The position numbers and the translations under genes were made by a program. This document shows positions 61,118 through 64,000 of a DNA stretch of 64,000 nucleotides, piece by piece; within the stretch, counting starts at the first letter, position 1, and each line of letters starts with the position of its first letter. Source of the DNA: an uncultured Alphaproteobacteria bacterium (GTDB lineage: Bacteria; Pseudomonadota; Alphaproteobacteria; HIMB59); the NCBI GenBank assembly GCA_902527545.1, contig CABZPR010000002.1:74407-138406 (forward strand), written 5' to 3'. Below the pieces are notes generated by a model that made no database searches, was not told where the DNA came from, and saw only the letters and a program-made list of their open reading frames with translations.

Positions 61118-61773
61118 TAATTTATTCTAGCCTTTAATTTTTCAAATATTAATTCAAAATTTTCAGATGTCTGAGCTCCATTAATTACAATTTGTTTATT
61201 AACTATAAAAGTAGGTACGCTGTTTATTCCCATTTTTTTGGCTTGAATTGCCTCATTTGCAAGCGGCTCTATGTTTTCTTGATCAGACAAGTAACTTTTA
61301 AACTCCTCAGCATTAATATTATGCTTTATAGCTATTTGTAATAATATATTTGGATCTCCAATGTCTTTACCATGCAAAAAGTAAGACTCAAATAAATCAT
61401 CTAAAACTTTTTCTTGTATATCTGCTTTATATGCTAAAGCTAAAAGTCTATGCGAATTAAATGAGTTAGGTGTCACTTCAATTAAGTCAAAATTAAAGTT
61501 TATTCCCTCCTTAACACCCTCTTCATAAATATTTTCATAAACAGTTTTTGCAGCGTCTGAACTTCCAAATTTAGAAATTAAATACTCTTGTCTATCCATT
61601 CCGTCAGGTGGCATTCCAGGATTTAATTGGAAAGGTCTCCAGGTTTGTTTTATTACAAGATTTTTATATTTGTTTAGGGCATTTTCTAATCTTTTTTTTC
61701 CAATGTAACACCATGGACAAACTGTATCTGAGAAAATGTCTAATTCAATCATAAGCATATTTATAACAGGCAT
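61117..61773 (-). CDS. DsbA/FrnE family oxidoreductase
   Basis: SDTVCPWCYIGK, WRPFQLNP, SVPTF; real start is probably 1-2 Met codons downstream. Confidence 0.9.
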   Translation of the reverse strand: MPVINMLMIELDIFSDTVCPWCYIGKKRLENALNKYKNLVIKQTWRPFQLNPGMPPDGMDRQEYLISKFGSSDAAKTVYENIYEEGVKEGINFNFDLIEVTPNSFNSHRLLALAYKADIQEKVLDDLFESYFLHGKDIGDPNILLQIAIKHNINAEEFKSYLSDQENIEPLANEAIQAKKMGINSVPTFIVNKQIVINGAQTSENFELIFEKLKARIN

Positions 61774-61835
61774 GAAAAAAAAACATATTAAATACTATTT
61801 TTTTTTGTTTTTACTAGGCCAACAATTTTTATATT

Positions 61836-61844
61836 TGATATAAT
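61836..61844 (+). promoter_or_regulatory. Extended -10 promoter element
   Basis: TGATATAAT (TGnTATAAT) about 20 nt before the ATG at 61866, followed by an AAGGGAG RBS. Confidence 0.45.
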
Positions 61845-61865
61845 TGGAATGTAAGGGAGAATCAT

Positions 61866-62273
61866 ATGATCGAAAACTTTAATGGGATATTTTATTTAGT
61901 AATTTTTTTAATTATTTTGGTTATGAATACTTTTTATGGTTATAATTGTTTGTTTAATACCAAAAACTTCATAGGCAAATATGGTGTCGATGTGACTGCA
62001 GCGTTCTTTGCAAGGTTTGCTGGTGCGGTTATAGCAGGTGCAGTTTTAATGCAGTTATATATTTTATTTAGAGGCACAGAGGCTACATGGGCATTTTTTA
62101 ATTTTATGTTTATTATAATGACTATTATTGCATTATCAGCCTTTTATACTGGTGAGATAGATAAATTAGGAAGAACTGACCAATACTCAAGAGAGGGATG
62201 GCTATCAACAGGTGGTCTTGCAATAGGTTGGGCTATTCTTTGTTTTGGATTAGCAGATAAAATTTATATTTAA
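61866..62273 (+). CDS. Hypothetical 4-TM membrane protein
   Basis: Four hydrophobic segments; good RBS. Confidence 0.75.
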   Translation: MIENFNGIFYLVIFLIILVMNTFYGYNCLFNTKNFIGKYGVDVTAAFFARFAGAVIAGAVLMQLYILFRGTEATWAFFNFMFIIMTIIALSAFYTGEIDKLGRTDQYSREGWLSTGGLAIGWAILCFGLADKIYI

Positions 62274-63115
62274 CGATTTCTTATAAAATAAATAAAAATT
62301 AAAGACGTTAAATACATTATGACGCTGTATGTAGCAGCAGGTATGATATACAGCCCGCCACCAAAAACACTTGTGCCTACAAAAATTGCCAATGTTCCAT
62401 TTTGAAGTCCACACTCTATTGAAATAGCTTTTTGCTGTGAGGTACCTGTCCCAAATCCCTTTGCCCAGTAAAAGGCAATTATCATCATTAATAAATTAAG
62501 AGAAAGGACTACTAATCCAGTTTGAGCAAAATACTCAATTAAATTTTCTCTCTCAGCTAAAATAGCTCCAATTAAAACTAAAACAAATAATGCAGTTGAG
62601 AGTATTCTAGCAAACTTCTCAATTCTCTTTGTTAAAAAGGACAAACTAGCTCTGAAAGTCATTCCAATCAAAACAGGTAATGTCACTATCAAAAACATAC
62701 TTATAGCTATTCCTGTGAGTGAGATTGAGCCTAAAGAATTGTAAGAAATTAATCCCATTGATATTCCCAAAACTATTGGCACAGAAATTACACTTAAAAG
62801 GCTCATTACTGCAGTTAAAGATATTGATAGAGCAACATCTCCTTTAGCAAATGATGTAAGAATATTAGAAGTTACTCCACCTGGAGCAGCAGCAATTAAT
62901 ATTAAACCTATTGCTAATTCAGGTTGAAGTGGCCAAACCAAAACAATTACTAAAGCAACTACTGGAAGAAAAATTAATTGGCTAATTAAACCTATAATAA
63001 AATTTTTTGGTGCTTTTACTACTCTGGCAAAATCTGAAAACGCTAAACCCAAGCCTAAAGTGAACATAATAAAAGCTAGGGCTAATGGGAGAATTACATC
63101 AGTTATGAAATTCAT
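62270..63115 (-). CDS. Bile acid:sodium symporter (BASS) family transporter
   Basis: IMFTLGL, APGGVTSN, GDVALS, ECGLQNG. Confidence 0.93.
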   Translation of the reverse strand: MNFITDVILPLALAFIMFTLGLGLAFSDFARVVKAPKNFIIGLISQLIFLPVVALVIVLVWPLQPELAIGLILIAAAPGGVTSNILTSFAKGDVALSISLTAVMSLLSVISVPIVLGISMGLISYNSLGSISLTGIAISMFLIVTLPVLIGMTFRASLSFLTKRIEKFARILSTALFVLVLIGAILAERENLIEYFAQTGLVVLSLNLLMMIIAFYWAKGFGTGTSQQKAISIECGLQNGTLAIFVGTSVFGGGLYIIPAATYSVIMYLTSLIFIYFIRNR

Positions 63116-63144
63116 GGATAAATATTATCAAAAACTCCTAATAA

Positions 63145-64000
63145 TCATATCTCATAACCAAGTTGTTTTTCCTCTAAGTCTACCAATTCTTCAGGATATC
63201 CCTCAGCTCTAAATGCAGTATTGTATTTATTTTCAAGCCTTTTAACTACCATTGAGGACCATGCACGATTACCAAAAGTCTTTCTTGCATCTTTAATAAT
63301 ATCAAGAACCAAAGGTGAAATTTCTAATTCGACCCCAAGTTTTGAGGCGAGATCCTGAAAAAGTCCTACATCTTTCTCAACTAAGTCCATAGTAAAATTT
63401 ATATTATAGGAACCGTTTAATATTACCTGACTCTCAGTTTCATGGACAAATGAGTTACCTGAGGAAGCTGCAATTCCTTTGTATGTTTTATTCAAATCAA
63501 GATTTGATTTACTAGCTATAGCCCAAGCTTCTCCTAATGCAACTAAGTGAACAGTAGCCAAATAATTAGTAATAACTTTAAGAATGGATGCACTTCCAAA
63601 GTCTCCTGTATACAAAATTTTTCGACCAAGACATTTTAACACTGGCATAGCCTTATCAAATCCCTCTCTACTTCCTCCAACAAAAATAGAAATGTTACCA
63701 GTTGCAGCCCTATGACAACCACCACTAACAGGGGCTTCTAAAGCAATTGCACCTTTTTGCTGAATTAATGATGCATGTTTTTTTAACTGATCATCTTCAG
63801 TTGTGCTCATCTCAATCCAAATTTGATCTTTTTGTATTGTATCAATTATACCATCTTCTGACTCTAAAACTTCTGAACATACCTTGGGGGAGGGAAGACA
63901 GGTAATTAAAATATCAGAATTGATAACTAAATCTTTTATTGATTTAGCAACCTTTGCCCCCTTTAATTTAAAAAAATTAGTTAATTTATTATTTATATCA
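63145..64000 (-). CDS. Beta-hydroxyacid dehydrogenase (3-hydroxyisobutyrate dehydrogenase family), 5'-partial
   Basis: Frame is open to the window end (ITCLPSP, WIEMSTT); EAPVSGG, LKVITNY. Confidence 0.88.
   Translation of the reverse strand, partial: DINNKLTNFFKLKGAKVAKSIKDLVINSDILITCLPSPKVCSEVLESEDGIIDTIQKDQIWIEMSTTEDDQLKKHASLIQQKGAIALEAPVSGGCHRAATGNISIFVGGSREGFDKAMPVLKCLGRKILYTGDFGSASILKVITNYLATVHLVALGEAWAIASKSNLDLNKTYKGIAASSGNSFVHETESQVILNGSYNINFTMDLVEKDVGLFQDLASKLGVELEISPLVLDIIKDARKTFGNRAWSSMVVKRLENKYNTAFRAEGYPEELVDLEEKQLGYEI

Noticed and set aside
1-64000. CRISPR arrays, transposases, prophage or defence systems
   Set aside because: No repeat-spacer arrays or recognisable mobile or defence genes; nearly all sequence is accounted for by CDS.

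Overview
Very AT-rich, gene-dense chromosomal segment of a genome-streamlined alphaproteobacterium. Gene order such as ispE-tRNA-Gln, lgt/ybjN-proC-csaA, marR-ompR-envZ/ilvE, moaE-moaD-pgsA-uvrC and rpsU/COQ9 is typically alphaproteobacterial. Compactness plus pyk suggests a HIMB59/AEGEAN-169-like marine lineage (inference only). Bases 1-45.4 kb are mostly housekeeping genes: petABC, ychF-pth-rplY-prs, uvrB/uvrC, htpG, gshA/gshB, pntAA-pntAB-pntB and one tRNA-Gln(TTG). Bases ~46-60.3 kb form a co-oriented catabolic block. It starts with an aldehyde dehydrogenase / glutamine-synthetase-like ligase / Fe-alcohol dehydrogenase trio resembling a gamma-glutamylation route for amino alcohols. A 9-gene operon follows: a family-5 ABC importer whose fused ATPase has one degenerate site, a Zn amidohydrolase, two complementary choline/ethanolamine-kinase-like proteins, an SDR and an ArgE/DapE-type M20 enzyme. 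This operon is the best candidate for an undescribed system. I added three CDS the ORF track missed or mis-started: a degenerate family-4 UDG, a UbiK-like mini-protein and a zf-CHCC protein. I saw no integrase, transposase, CRISPR array or rRNA. All calls are from reading motifs by eye, without database searches.
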